A DNA stretch of 62,227 nucleotides, counting the filler, from Chiloscyllium plagiosum (Eukaryota), in NCBI RefSeq assembly GCF_004010195.1. It is 3 parts of one record of this genome, joined end to end, with 100 filler letters (N's around TTAATTAATTAA, not from the genome) between each part and the next. Parts side by side here need not be neighbours in the genome. Positions count along the whole stretch, not along the records: positions 34,171 to 62,227 come from NC_057713.1; 2 more parts are not named here. One strand, written 5' to 3'. The notes under the pieces are model-generated. The model worked only from the letters and a program-made list of their open reading frames with translations. It was not told where the DNA came from and made no database searches. Made by a program: the position numbers and the translations under genes. Positions 38,477 through 52,529 of the stretch are shown here, in pieces (positions within the stretch are counted from its first letter, which is position 1; each line of letters begins with the position of its first letter).

Positions 38477-39015
38477 GAGTCATAGAGATGTACAGCATGG
38501 AAACAGACCCTTTGGTCCAACCCGTCAATGCCCACCAGATATCTCAACCCAATCTAATCCCACCTGCGAGCACCCGGCACAAAACCCTCCAAACCTTTCC
38601 TATTCATATACCCATCCAAATGCCTCTTAAATTTTGCAATTGTATCAGCCTCCACCACTTCCTCTGGCACCTTATTCCATACACGTACCACTCTCTGTGT
38701 AAAAAAAAAAAAAAAGTTGCCCCTTAGGTCTCTCTTATATCTTTCCCCTCTCACCCTAAACCTGTGCCGTCTAGTTCTGGACTCCCTGACCCCAGGGAAA
38801 AGACTTTGCCTATTTACCCTATCCATGCCCCTCATAATTTTATAAACCTCTATAAGGTCACCCTTCAGCCTCTGACGCACCAGGGAAAACAGCCCTAGCC
38901 TGTTCAGTCTCTCCCTATAGCCCAAATCTTCCAACCCTGGTATCATCCTTGTAAATCTTTTCTGAACGGTTTCAAGTTTCACAACATCTTTCCGATAGGA
39001 AGGAGACCAGAATTG
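38477..39015 (-). mobile_element. CR1 LINE 3' end, inserted in a family C PLE end
   Basis: QFWSPSYRKDVVKLETVQKRFTRM...FKRHLDGYM. Confidence 0.9.
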
Positions 39016-39089
39016 AAACATTAACTTTGATTTCTCTTCAAGGATGCTGCCAGACCTGCTGAGCTTTTGCAGCAACCTCTGTTTTTGCA

Positions 39090-39830
39090 TAGTAGTCCTT
39101 TAGTTGGTCAGCTGCCTTCTTGAATCGCTGCAGTTCACATGCTGTAGGCAGGCTCACATTGCCGTTAGGTAGCTCCAGGACTTTGACCCAGAGACACAGT
39201 GATATATTTTCAAAGTGACTGTAGGGTGACTTGCAGGTGGTGGTGTTCCATATAATTGTTATCTTTATCCTTCTAGAGGTAGTGGTTGTGGATTTGAAAG
39301 GTGCTGTCTAAAGAACTTCCACAAATTTCTGCAGTGGATCTTTTAGTACACTCTGTTGCTACAGACTGTCGATAGTGGAGGGTGTGAATGTTGTGGATGT
39401 GATGCCAATCAAGTGGGTTGTTTTATCCTGGGTGGTGTCACACTTCTTGAGTATTGGTGCTCTATTCATTCCAGCAAGTGCGGAGTATTTCAACATAGTG
39501 CTGACTTTGTAGATGGTGGACAGGCTTTGGGGAGTGGAGAGGTGAATTTCTTGCTGCAGATTACCTAGACTGTGATCGGCTTATACAGCCCCAGTGCTTA
39601 CATAGTGTGTTGAGTTCAGTTTCTGGTTAATGGTAAGCCCCCAGGGTATTAATAGAGGAGATTCAATGAAAGTACTGCCATTGAATATCAAGAAGCAATG
39701 GTTAGGTTCTTATTTGAGATGAACATTACCTGGCATTTACGTGGATCATGTTAATTGCAACTTGACAGCCTAAACCTGGACTTAGTTAGCCATGGACTGC
39801 TTCACTGCTCTGGACAATACCTTGTTGAAG
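39090..39830 (-). mobile_element. CR1-group LINE family B, old 3' part
   Basis: Similar to 29590-30300 and 59770-60110. Confidence 0.5.
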
Positions 39831-40773
39831 ATTTAGACAAAAACCTGGCAAACTCCGTCATTATTGCTGGTACATGCTCCATGGTAATACCTCTGTCAAT
39901 CAGAGTCCACTTGCCAACTGATTAAGGCTCTCCTCCTACACACGATGAATGTTAACTTGCCTTCACTTTGTTATTTTTGTGAAATGTCCTGATATGCTCG
40001 AGGCGAGAAGCTTTGTCAGAGTGGTCTTTGTCAGCAATTCTTAAGTACAAACGAACAACTATTCAAATACAAATAGAAACTTATTGACTTGAAGTCGGGC
40101 GTTCTGTGAATTGAATTAAGATTCCAATTTTTTGTCTCTAAATTGGCAAGATCCAAAATCCAGTTTGGACCGAGTCTTGAAGTTGCAGATTTTGAGACAA
40201 TTTCTGTGGTAAATTGTCTCTTTCAAAAACTTAATTGTTACTGTATTCAATACGTTGGGAGGATCTTTCGACATGTCGTTGAAATTAAAACTCGGACGTA
40301 GTTGAAGAATAAAAGGTTTCTCTTTTAAGACAAATTGTTTTTTCTCCCACAGAATTATCGAGTCCCTTTGCAATTTATCATGTAGGATAGTATTTAATAA
40401 AGAGTTTTTCCTTGTCTGGAACGAATGTTACTGTTCTGTTCCCAAAGATTTCTAATGAATCTGGACTGTGTTTCAGAATTGAACCCAGCTTTATGCAAAT
40501 GGCTTCATTGAAAGTACACAAAATCTGAAATAAACTGTTACTGATGGACTGCTGCATATCATTATAGATGGAGGAAGAACCGTTAAAGATGTTTCATTTT
40601 AATATTAATATTCAAAGTTTGCCTAGCCAGTCATTTAAGAAAGATAACAAATGTTTTGTTAAATTGTTCAATGGCAATGTTTATAATTAGTTGAAAGGTG
40701 CTATGAAGCTGCCGAATTGTGAAATACGTAGTTATTCTTAATTAAGCTAATCGTGCTTACCATTGTTTTTTAT

Positions 40774-41095
40774 TAGATTAGATTAGATTCCCTACAGTGT
40801 GGAAACAGGCCCTTCGGCCCAGTTAGTCCACACCGACCCTCCGAAGTGTAACCCACCCAGACCCATTCCCTCTAACTAATGCACCTAACTCTACAAGCAA
40901 TTTAGCATGACCAGTTCACCTGACCTGCACATCTTTGGACTGTGGGAGGAAACCGGAGCACCCGGAGGAAACCCACGCAGACACGGGACGAATGTGCAAA
41001 CTCCACACAGACAGTCGCCCAAGACTGGAGTCGAACCCAAGTCCCTGGCGCTGTGAGGCAGCATTGCCAGTCATTGAGCACCGTGCTGCCCTCAC
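40774..41095 (-). mobile_element. HE1-like V-SINE
   Basis: (ttaga)n tail, V core, tRNA-like head. Confidence 0.85.
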
Positions 41096-41487
41096 TTATT
41101 CCTGCATTGTCCTTGCAATACCACTCTTGTTTTTAAGGAAAGAATGTTGAATCATGTTCTGTGCTAAGCAGACCTAAAGTTACTGTAAAGATAAATAAAT
41201 GTCTCCTTTCGCAAGGATATGACCAATTCAGGAAGAGGCATTGAAAGGATGTGTCTAAATTTGCATATGATAAGCGAAAGAGCAAACTTAAATTGAAATT
41301 GTAATGTCAGCTGCAGTTCACAGAAATAGTGGTAAGATTTTAATTTGCCACATTTGTGTACGTTTCTGTTGGCCTGTCCTTCTCTCAATTCATAGTGGTT
41401 CGATAGTATAAAACTTGAATATAGCTGACAAATGAGAACATCATGTTAAAGCTTTTTGTATTGCACTTGTCAGGACACTTAGAACTT

Positions 41488-41835
41488 ATCATAGAATCCC
41501 TACAGTGTGGAAACAGGACATCTGGCCCAACAAGTCCACACCAACTCTCCGAAGAGTATCCCACCCAGACACATTCCCCTACTGTATTACTCTACATTTA
41601 CCCCAGACTAATGCACCTAGCCTACACATCCCCGAGCTATATGGGCAACTCGCCAAAGCCAATTCACCTAACCTACACCTCTTTGGACTGTGGGAGGAAA
41701 CTGGAGCACCCGGAGGAAACCCACACACAGACATGAATAGAATGTGCAAACTTCACACAGGCAGTCACCTGAGGTCAGAATTGAACCCAGGTCCCTTGCG
41801 CTGAGGCAGCAGTGGTAACCACTGTCCCACCATGC
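41488..41835 (-). mobile_element. HE1-like V-SINE
   Basis: Same architecture as the 40774-41095 copy. Confidence 0.8.
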
Positions 41836-42099
41836 CACTTTGCAAGAACACAAATGTAAAGCAGAACAATCTTTAACCTGTATGAAATAAGTGTGTCTGA
41901 TTCGATGCATGTAGACTTTGCTAGATATCTTTGCTAATCAACCTGTTCAGGTTATTACACTGCTCTGGAGGAGATGGGACTTGAAACTGGAACTCCTGGT
42001 TCAGAGGAAGAGATGCTTCCACTACCACATGAGTCCTATAGTAGAGTTGTCTGATGAATAATGAATACATAAACAATGTCCTGACCAATCAAAGACAAA

Positions 42100-43160
42100 C
42101 CACTACTTTTTGTCATTGATATAAATGATTTGGATGTGAGCACAAGAGGTACAGTTATTAAATTTGCAGATGACACCAAATTTGGAGGTGTAGTGGATAG
42201 CGAAGAAGGTTACCTCAGATTGCAATGGGATCTTGATCAGATGGTCCAGTGGGCTGAGGATTGGCAGATAGAGTTTAAATAAATGCAAGGTGCTGCATTT
42301 TGGGAAAGCAAATCTTAGCAGGACTTGGACACTTAATGGTAGGGCAAAAGTGAGGAATGAAGATGCTGGAAATCTGCATCCTGTTCCTCGGATGCAGCCT
42401 GACCTGCTGTGCTTTTCCAGCACCACTCTAATGTAGACTTAATAGTAAGGTCCTAGGGAGTGTTGCTGAACAAAGAGACTTCTGAGTGCAGGTTCATAGA
42501 TCCTTGAAAGTGGAGTCACAGGTAGAAAGGATGGTGAAGAAGGCATTTGGTATGCTTTCCTTTATTGATCAGAGTACAGGAGTTAGGAGGTCATCTTGTA
42601 GCTAAACAGGACATTGATTAGGCCACTTTTGGAATATTATGTGCAATTCTGGTCTCCATCCTATTGGGAAGATATTGTGAAACTTGAAAGGGTTCAGAAA
42701 AGGTTTACAGGGATGTTGTCAGGGTTGGAGGATTTGAGCTATCGATAGAGGCTAAATAGGCTGGGGCTGTTTTCTCTGGAGCATCGGAGGTTGAGAGGTG
42801 ACATTATAGAGGTTTATAAAATTTTGAGGGGCATGGATAGGGTAAATAGACTAGGTCTTTTCCCTCGGGTTGGGGAGTCCAGAACTAGAGGGCATAGGTT
42901 TAGGGTGAGGGGGGAAAATTGGCCCTAAGGGCTAATTTTTTTCATGCAGAGAATGGTGTGTGGGATGAGCTACCAGAGGAAGTGGTGGAGGCTAGTACAG
43001 TTGCAGCATTTAAAAGGGATCTGGATAGGTACATGAATAGGAGGGGTTTGGAGGGATATGGGTCAGGTGCTGGCAGGTAAAATTAGATTAAGTTGGGATA
43101 TCTGGTCAGCATGGACGATTTGGACTGAAGGGTCTGTTTCTGTGCTGTACACCTCTATGG
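42100..43160 (+). mobile_element. CR1 LINE 3' portion with nested PLE-end insert (42344-42436)
   Basis: KFADDTK motif through to the 3' tail. The insert is flanked by an imperfect TSD acttaatggtagg / acttaatagtaag. Confidence 0.85.
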
Positions 43161-43379
43161 CATGTTTAAAATTAAACCAAGTCTTGGAAGTGAACTGTTA
43201 ATCATCATCAGGTGTATTCTCCACGACAATGTCTACAAATCAGTTTAAAAATCGGATAAACTATTTCATTAAATCTCACTAAGTGCTTAATGCCACAAGA
43301 GTTTAGATTTATTTATATTAGAATGACAAGGCTGTTAACCTTCTGTTAAGAGTCTGTATTTTTGTCATTGTTTAGTGCA

Positions 43380-44340
43380 CTAAGTCCTCCTTACTAACTA
43401 GCGTGAAAATCAGGAGAGCTGTGTCTCAGACTAGTCAAGCAACAGCGTGACACAGTCATGTTCATAGTCATACCTTACAGACTATGTCCCAGATATCACC
43501 GTCCCCGGATATGTCCTGTCCCACTGGCAGGACAAATCCTGCAGAGGTGATGGTACATTGGTGTACAGTCAGGGGGAAGTTGCCCTGGGAGTCTTCAACA
43601 TTGACTCTGGACCCCATGAAGTTTCATGACTTCAGGTTACCCATGGGTAAGGAAAGTCATGGGTAAGGCAGTCCTGCTGACTGCCACATACTCCTGATGA
43701 AGCAGCACTCCTTTATGTTGAACAACACTTAGGAAGCACTGGGGGTACCAGATGTTCTCTGGTGGGGGATTTCAATGTTAGCCACCGAGTGGCTCACAGC
43801 AGCACTAATGGACGAGCTTGTTGGATCGTAAAGAACTTAGCTGCAAGATTAGATCTGCAGCACATGGTGAAGGAACCAACCAGAGGGAAAACATACTTCA
43901 TCCTTGCTAGACTGTGTGTTGCAGATGCATCTGCCCATGATGGTTGCTCTTACCGATTCTATTACACAGTCCTTGCGGAATCGGACTCCTGTCTTCACAT
44001 TGGTCGTGATGGAGGGTATTACCATCGTATTAAATGGGATTGGCTTCATAGATCTAACAAGTCAAGACTGGCCATCTTTGTGGATCAGCAGTAGCAGTAG
44101 AATTATATTCCACAATCTGCAGCCTCATGACTTGGTAGATCTGTCACTCAGCCATTACTATCGAGCAAGGGGATCAACCCTGGGACAATGGAGCAGCACT
44201 AGGAATATGTAAAAATGAGATGTGAAGCCATCAAACAAGCTGAGTTAACATATCTGACAGCATAAGGAGCAAGTAATAGACAGAGCTGATCGTACAACCA
44301 ATGGATTAACTGAAGGTCTACAATCCTGCCACATGCAATC
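43380..44340 (+). mobile_element. CR1-group LINE family B, endonuclease region (old)
   Basis: GDFNVSH and LDLQHMVKEPTRGK (APE endonuclease motifs). Confidence 0.6.
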
Positions 44341-44429
44341 ATGAATCGGCATGGACGAGTTGGACTGAAGGGTCTGTTTCCGTGTTGTACACCTCTATGA
44401 CTCGATGAATGGTGGTGGACAATTAATCC

Positions 44430-46470
44430 TGCTTCCTGCAAGGACTCTTCCATTTTCCCAATTATGTCATTTACATCACATCTATTCTGATGCCAGCTTC
44501 GACGAGGAGGCCTCCAAAACATCCACCTTCTTCAACCAAGGATTCCCCACCACTGTAGTTCACAAGGTCCTTAGCTGTGTTTCAGCCTTCACCCCTTCTC
44601 TTCCCTCCCACCAGCAGCAATGGGGTCCCCCTTGTCCTCCCCTACCATCCCACTAACAGCCACATAGTTGCAATTTCTGCCACCCCCAGCAGGATACCAC
44701 CACTAAACACACATTCCCCTCCACTCCCCTGTCTGCCTTCCACAAGGGCTGGTCCCTCCAGGCCACCCTGGTCCGCTCCTCCTTCACGCCCAACTCCCTT
44801 CCCACAGACGGCACCTTCACCTGCAACTGTAGGTGTAACATCTGCCTGTTTACTTCCTCCCTCCTCAGTATCACAGACTCAATCCAGTCTTGCTGTTCAT
44901 AATGTGGTCTCCTCTACAGGAGGCTGGGCGCAAAAAAGACCCTGAGCTTCCTGTTGCTTACAACTTCTACACGTGATCTTGTTGCCTGGCCCATCTTTGT
45001 CTTAGGTTTGCTGTTGAGCACAAGCCTGAAGAACAGCATCTCCTTTTCCACTTGGATACTCTACTGCCTTCTGGACTGAATATTGAATTCAACAATATTA
45101 GGGCTTCAGGTGTTTCCTCCCATGTCCATATCTAACACCCACACACCCGACCTTGTTTTCACATGATCTCTATTACACAAATCATATTGTTAGCCACTAA
45201 TAATTCTTAGCAGCTATCCATTCTTCTAGGCTGAGTGTTATCCACTCCTTTCTGCCCAACTGTCCTCGTTTCTCTTTGGGCTTGTTCTTCAACTATCAGT
45301 AGATGTGATCTATATGGATTTCAGTAAGGCATTCGACAAGATTCCCCATGGGAGACTGATTAGCAAGGTTAGATCTCATGGAATACAGGGAGAACTAGCC
45401 ATTTGGATACAGAACTGGCTCAAAGGTAGAAGACAGAGGGTGGTGGNNNNNNNNNNNNNNNNNNNNNNNNNNNNNNNNNNNNNNNNNNNNNNNNNNNNNN
45501 NNNNNNNNNNNNNNNNNNNNNNNNNNNNNNNNNNNNNNNNNNNNNNNNNNNNNNNNNNNNNNNNNNNNNNNNNNNNNNNNNNNNNNNNNNNNNNNNNNNN
45601 NNNNNNNNNNNNNNNNNNNNNNNNNNNNNNNNNNNNNNNNNNNNNNNNNNNNNNNNNNNNNNNNNNNNNNNNNNNNNNNNNNNNNNNNNNNNNNNNNNNN
45701 NNNNNNNNNNNNNNNNNNNNNNNNNNNNNNNNNNNNNNNNNNNNNNNNNNNNNNNNNNNNNNNNNNNNNNNNNNNNNNNNNNNNNNNNNNNNNNNNNNNN
45801 NNNNNNNNNNNNNNNNNNNNNNNNNNNNNNNNNNNNNNNNNNNNNNNNNNNNNNNNNNNNNNNNNNNNNNNNNNNNNNNNNNNNNNNNNNNNNNNNNNNN
45901 NNNNNNNNNNNNNNNNNNNNNNNNNNNNNNNNNNNNNNNNNNNNNNNNNNNNNNNNNNNNNNNNNNNNNNNNNNNNNNNNNNNNNNNNNNNNNNNNNNNN
46001 NNNNNNNNNNNNNNNNNNNNNNNNNNNNNNNNNNNNNNNNNNNNNNNNNNNNNNNNNNNNNNNNNNNNNNNNNNNNNGTGGTACGTGTATGGAATGAGCT
46101 GCCAGAGGATGTGGTGGAGGCTGGTACAATTGCAACATTTAAGAGGCATTTGGATGGGTATATGAACAGGAAGGGTTTGGAGGGATATGGGCCGAGTGCT
46201 GGCAGGTGGGACTAGATTGGGTTGGGATATCTGGTCGGCATGGACGCGTTGGACCGAAGGGTCTGTTTCCATGCTGTACATCTGACTATTTACTCCTTAA
46301 CCCTTATCTTTATTAAAACCAACTTTTTCCTAACCATGATCGGTTCTGAAGAAGGGGTCACTGGACCCAAAACATTTGAATCTGATTTCTCACTCCAGAT
46401 GCTGCCAGATCTGCTGACATTTTCCAACCCTGTCTCCTTTTGTTTCTGATTTCCAACATCTGCAGTTCTT
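44430..46470 (+). mobile_element. Old PLE (family C) 3' part, interrupted by a young CR1 (45297-46285, gap at 45447-46077)
   Basis: PLE thumb and endonuclease remnants (VPLVLPYHPTN), HHR-like gttCTGAAGAaggggtcactggacccAAAAc at 46343-46375. CR1 motif YMDFSKAFDKIPH. Confidence 0.7.
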
Positions 46471-46749
46471 TTGGTTTTTAATCTAATGGGACTTTCCTGA
46501 CCGGCTCCAATGTAAGTATACCTCTCCTAAATAAGGAAACCAAAAGTGTATGCAGTTCTCTAGTTATGAACTGTCCAAGGGCCTGTACTCTTGTCGTAAG
46601 ACAACTTATAATCCATACGACTTGCAGTACCAGTCAGCATTCCATCTGGTTTTGTTATTTGCTGTACCTCCCCACTAATGTTGTTTCATATGTGCAGTCA
46701 ACCAAATTGCTTAGTACTGAATAATTCTGTAGCTAATCTCCATTGATTA

Positions 46750-46870
46750 GATATCTGATGAAGGAGCAGAGCTCCAAAAGCTTGTACTTCCAAATAAACC
46801 TGTTGGACTATAACCTGGTGGTATGATTTTTAACATTGTCCCTCCCCAGTCCAACACTGGCACCTCCGCA
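46750..46870 (+). mobile_element. PLE end (family B) with G12-mutated HHR
   Basis: CTGATGA-a-GGAGC-aga-GCTCC-AAAA-gc-TT, followed by the family B tail. Confidence 0.7.
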
Positions 46871-47049
46871 CCATTCATTTAAGCATATATTACTTTTGTC
46901 CTTGTTCTTCCAAAGTGAACAAGCTCTAACTTTTTCACATCATGCTTCATTCTGCTGCTTATTTTACCCATAGTGTCTCCCTTTGCAGACTTCTTGCATT
47001 GCTTAACTTGCTTTGCCATTTGCATTCTCAGCAAAGTTTGATACAATAC

Positions 47050-47760
47050 TGTTATGAAGGTGTAGAAGTGTACTGTACCTTTTAAGAGAGTGAAAGACTT
47101 GACCAGCACACAAGTGCTGGAGAATTTGCAAAGTAACATTTGGTTTTGAACAGAGCACTGGTTGAGTTGCTATGAGACTAAAACAAATTTGAATTCGGCC
47201 AGTTTAAATTATACCCTGAAGATACCAAATTCCAATCAAGTTTGAATTGAGTATGTTGGCAATCTTAAAAGTCAGTGACACAATTTGATGTTTGGGGGGG
47301 ATACAAGACTGGGGAAATTGAACAGTTGGGAGGAGAACTGCCAAACCCCGGCAAGTAAACAGACTGCCTGAAAAAATGGTTCTCTTAAAAGGTACCTTTT
47401 TCGATCTTAAAAGGTACCTGTTACCTGTGAAGCAGAAATTTCTAAGAAGACACAGGAAAGTTCAAATAGAAAAACCAAAAGCTGCTTGATTTTGAGATCA
47501 GAAGTTTTGTTTTGTAAATCTTAATCAGGAGTTTTATTGGACTAGCATTTTCGAAGGGAAGGTAAAAGATAGGTTAGAGTAAGGAATTGTGAATAGTTGT
47601 TAGTTAATAATTCTCTGTTATACTTTAAGAAACAATTTTGCTAACTTTTACTTCAAATAGTTCTTGGCCACTCGAAATTTTACAGATTACTGTATGGGAT
47701 AAATCTTTTCTGTATTGCTGGTTTGAAATTAAGCAGGAGGGTTTACCCTGTGTCATAACA
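47050..47760. mobile_element. Solo LTR (Gypsy-like), 711 bp
   Basis: Terminal inverted repeat TGTTATGA...TCATAACA, near-TSD atac/acac, interrupts an old CR1 fragment. Confidence 0.7.
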
Positions 47761-48097
47761 ACACATTTATGCCCATTGTTCAAATCATTAATATGTAAAT
47801 AGTAGAGTCCTGAGAGGTCTGTGGAATCCACGAGTTGTACTTGGCGGAGCTGGAACTGATTAATTTTTCCTGTGTTCTGTTAACTGACCGATTGTGTTTT
47901 GATGCCGATTAATACCCCCAAGCATGAGTGTTATCTTGTATAGTGACCTCGAATGTGCCACTTTAATACATGCCTCTTGGAGATCAAATGCACTACATCT
48001 ACTGTTTCCTGGTCAGTATATCTCAAATAACTCTTGATAAATAGATCTGAACTATTTTCTTTCCACAGAACCATGTCAACTCTACTGGTTTGTATTC

Positions 48098-48570
48098 TGT
48101 TAAAAATCTCACAACACCAGGTTATGGTCCAACAAGTTTATTTGGAAGTGCTAGCTTTCGTAGTGCTGCTCCTTCATCAGGTGGCTGTGTGATTTTTCAC
48201 TTTATGCATCTCAGGCCAACACAGGCATCTCCAAATCATATTTGTATTCTGATTTTCTAAATATCCAGCTCAAACTTTCTTAATGAGTTACTCCATTTTT
48301 CTCAAAGACAAATTTTACACTATAGTTTCCTGCTTTGTCTTTTGTTGTGTTGATTACTATAACTTGGAGGTGCCAGTGTTGGACTGGGATGGACAAAGCT
48401 AAAAATCTCAACACCAGGTTATAGTCCAACAGGTTTATTTGGAAGCTCTAGCTTTCGGAGTGCAGCTCCTTCATCAGGTGGTTGAAAGAGCGGTGCTCTG
48501 AAAACTAGTGCTTTCAAATAAACCTGTTGGACTATATCCTGGTGTTGTGAGATTTTTAACATTGTACAGG
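48098..48570. mobile_element. Two PLE-derived fold-back insertions (family B): ~48098-48240 and ~48365-48567
   Basis: Inverted arms with HHR cores on - at 48148-48183 and 48446-48480. Confidence 0.75.
48446..48480 (-). ncRNA. Minimal type-I hammerhead ribozyme motif (family B)
   Basis: Reverse complement cacCTGATGA-a-GGAG-ctgca-CTCC-GAAA-gc-TA-gag. Confidence 0.6.
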
Positions 48571-49494
48571 AGTCTAACAATCAATACAATTTCAGCAGTT
48601 GTATTCAGTTGTATTTCATTGGACTGTATTTCACTTGTTTAACACAAATCTTAATATTAAAGCTTATTTTAATTGTCCATTTAAAATGTGTTGGTATTTC
48701 TTTTCATAGTGCAGTAATAAGCTTTGATTAAAACTGACAATAGTGTAAATAGGGCAATCTTCGTGGAAAAATGTTTCCTTTTTTTCCTAAAATAGTACTA
48801 TTAATCATTGGACTTTATGGATATTGCTGTCTGTTTAGTTGCTTTAGATATATTTAAAGTTTGTGAGAAGATAGACAGGGGACGAAACGTTTGCAACAAA
48901 AACTTCCAGCTCGGCGAACAGAACCACAGCTGCTTAGATATATCCTATTCATTTATCATTTGGAAGTTTATGGCAGCTAACTTCTGTCACATTTTGCATC
49001 CATCTGTTTAATAAGTTAATGTAATTTGACTATTGATTTTGAGCACCCGAAAAGCTTGATACATACCCACGTTGTAATAAATTTCATTACATTATCCAAC
49101 TCCTCAATAGTTGCTAACTTATAATCTTGGTTCATATTGAAAGTTGATATCCTTTGTTATTTGAATACCATTCTTTATGCGAATAGATTTTTAAAAGGTG
49201 TTTAGCTGTAGTAACAAAAGTGTTTAGTGGTGAGTGTGCAGAATTCAGTTTTCTAGTTGGATGACTTGAATTACCTCATTGTATGGGAGATCAACTTTAA
49301 GTCATTTACTTTGACAGCTAAATATTTCACAAATAAAGTGCCTTATAATTTTGCATCGTCAATGGCCCTCATCCATGAATGTCTAAATACTGACATTAAA
49401 ATACAGATGATCTGTTTACTGATTTTTGCCTAATACTGTAAACAGTTGACAAATTTACCACTTTTTAATTGTTGATTCTTCCATCTTGGCACAG

Positions 49495-49559
49495 AAGCTG
49501 TGCATCAACTCTGCAAGTTCAACTGGAACTGAGCTTTCCTAGCGAAGACTGTGACACTG
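49495..49559 (+). CDS. Candidate exon 3 (SCASTLQVQLELSFPSEDCDT, phase 2 to 1)
   Basis: Acceptor gattcttccatcttggcacag|, donor G|gtaact, 65 nt. The only open frame is the one required by exon 2. Confidence 0.5.
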
Positions 49560-51845
49560 GTAACTTTTGAATGGCATGTTGTTGAGCTCTTATCATTAGT
49601 GTTGGATGTTTGTAGTTCTAGTTGTAGCACTTGAATTTGTGTTTGCATGCAACCTTTTTTCTGTGTTTTTCCTTTTCTCTGTTTAAGCATTGTGTAAGTT
49701 CTTGGGCTGATGTGCTCTTTGAGTTGAAATATTATTAGCATTTGCAGAATGGTTTATTATGAAATTGGAGAATGTGTTAATTTTATTTGTTAGTTTCATT
49801 GCTCCAATTGTGCTGTTTTAGTAGTATTAATATTACAGTTCTGGTGGGGGGAAAAAAGAATCCCTAACTAACCCAAGGTTCTTGACTGAAAAGATTTTGG
49901 TCCTAACTGCATGGCTGTGTGCTTAAATCATCTGGATACCCAAACCTGAAGTACATTTGTTCGGTACAGGATAGAGCTGAGAAATGTTTTCTAGTTAGCT
50001 TGAAACATATTTGTAATTTTTGCAAAACTATATGCCCTCTGTCATGTCCAACTCATCTCTTGAACTTCAACCCTCACAGTAAGTTTTCATTCATCATTAC
50101 ACTGCATCCAAAGATACTTATTTTCAATTATTGACTTCGCGTACTTCTCTGAGACAAACTATTACATCTGGTGAAGCATTTGATTGTCTCGCAGCCTCTT
50201 GGTTCTAACCTCATTTCAAGACACATTTGATCGAATACCTTTACAAAGAGTGAATTACCTCTAGCCTTGAACTGAATCACTCCCCTCAATCTTGTTCTTT
50301 CCAGGTCTGTGAATCTTTCCTAATGTGCGTAATCTCAGATATGGAATCATTGTCTCTTTTTAAAGTAGGATGCCTGAAACTTCACTGTTTCAAATTGAGC
50401 TTCTCTAGTGATCTGTACAAAGTTGGAATAAAATGTTTTAACTTGCAGTTCTGCACCTGGCAGTGTGAATTTCATTAGTTTTAACTGGGACCTGTTAGCG
50501 AGTGATAAGTAATATTTTATGGATATTTTAGTACTGGTTGTTCACCACTTTAAGTGTTGACAGGAGCCTGTCTGTTGGTGATTTTGTGGATAAATGTGTA
50601 GGCTGGTGGGCTTGTCATAACCAGATTGAAAAGTTTGTTAATTTGATCCCTTCAGTATAATTTTCAGATGTCTCCTTTTGCTCAATAATAGCAGTTTCAT
50701 TGGGCAAGAGTTCTCTCTTCCTCCCACAGATCCCTTCACCCACCTGTAACACACTTCCTCCATCTGGGCCTCTTCCTCTGGCCTTTTACCTGCATTCGAC
50801 CTGTTCTTCAAGAACTATCGATGTGACATGGTTACCTCAATTTCTCTGCCACCTTATCAATTTGCTGTGAGTTGACTGCATTCTGTGAGGGTTGTATCTG
50901 AGAGCACATTCTCATCAAGCCTGCTGACAAGAATGGGTGTTACCTGGTGTACTGACCTCTATGTTGCGGAGGCTGAGCGCTAGCTGTTAGACACCCACTT
51001 CTATCTCTGGACCATGACCCCATTGTTGAACAGCAGGCCACAATCACTTTTCTTGTGATCACACAGGCGCACATCCCTCTATTCCCCACCAGGACAGTCT
51101 CAGGGCTATATGCCTCTTCCTGGAAAAGGGGCCTGAGTTATCCCCATCCTCCACCGGGCCCAGCTTGTTCTCTTTGAACAATTTCCCTTTTAACTCTTCT
51201 CACTTCATTCAGGTCAAAGGGGGTGGCCATGGATACCTGCACGGGCCCCAGTTACGTCTGTAACTTTGTGGGGTACTTGGAATACTCCTTTGCATAACTC
51301 TTTCTCCAATACATTGATGCTGCTTCCATCTCTCATCCAGAATTGGAAGAGTTTATCAATTTCCTTCCACTGTCCACCCAGCCCTCTCCTTCATCTACTC
51401 CATCTCTGACCTCCTCCCTTCCCTTCCCTTGACATCTGTTTCCATTTCTGGACAGAGGCTGCCTTCCATAGTTACCTTGACTATGTACATCCTCAAACTT
51501 GCTTCTTGTAAAGTCTGTTTCATTCTCCCAATTTCCCCATCTCTGTCGCAATTGTTCTGATGGTGCCAACTTCTACAAGGGGACCTCTAAAATGTCCATC
51601 ATCTTCCTTCACTGAGGATTCCTTATCATCATAGTTAACACAGCCCTCAGTCATGTCCACCCACCTCTAGCATTTAGACCCTTCTCTTCCCTCCCACAAC
51701 AGTGATTCGGTCCTTCTGGTCCTTACTTACCATCCACTATCATCCACATCCAGAAGATTATTAGCTGCAGTTCCACCACCTCTAGATACACATTCCCCTC
51801 CCTTCCCTTGTCAGCCTTCTGCAGGGTCAGTTCCCTCCAGAACAG

Positions 51846-52147
51846 TGGGCGGCACGGTGGCACAGTGGTTAGAGCGCCCGAGACCCGGGTTCAATTCCCG
51901 CCTCAGGCGACTGACTGTGTGGAGTTTGCACGTTCTGCCAGTGTCTGCGTGGGTTTCCTCCGGCTGCTCCAGTTTCCTCCTACAGTCCAAAGATGTGCAG
52001 GTCAGGTGAATTGGCCATGCTAAATTGCCCGTAGTGTTAGGTAAGGGATAAATGTAGGTGCATGGGTGGGTTGCGCTTCAGCGGGTCGGTGTGGACTTGT
52101 TGGGCCGAAGGGCCTGTTTCCACGCTGTAATGTAATCTAATCTAATC
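51846..52147 (+). mobile_element. HE1-like V-SINE
   Basis: Head, V core, (tctaa)n tail. Confidence 0.85.
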
Positions 52148-52529
52148 TTGATCTACTCCACCCAATATGTCCCTACATACCCATGGCACCTTCCCATACT
52201 GTTGCAGAAGATTAAACACCTGTCCATTTATTTCCTCCCTCCTCACTATTCAAAGCCCCATCTTCCAGGTGAAGCAGTATTTTGTGTACTTCAGTCAATC
52301 TAATCTACTGCATTTGTTGCTCACAATGTAGTCTCCTCTGCATTGGGGAAATGAAGGACAGACTGGGTGGTGGCTTTGCAGAACACCTATCTTCGGTCCG
52401 TAAAAAAGACTCCGCTTCCTGTTGCTTGCCACTTCAACACTTGCCACTTGGTCATGCTAAAATGCCGATAGTGTTAGGTGCGTTAGTCAGGGGTAAATGT
52501 GGCAAATAGGTCGAGATGGGTTATGCTTG

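Noticed and set aside
28154..46281. ORFs of 194-327 aa at 28.2-29.2 kb and 45.3-46.3 kb
   Set aside because: Their length comes from N gaps, and the flanks are CR1 fragments.
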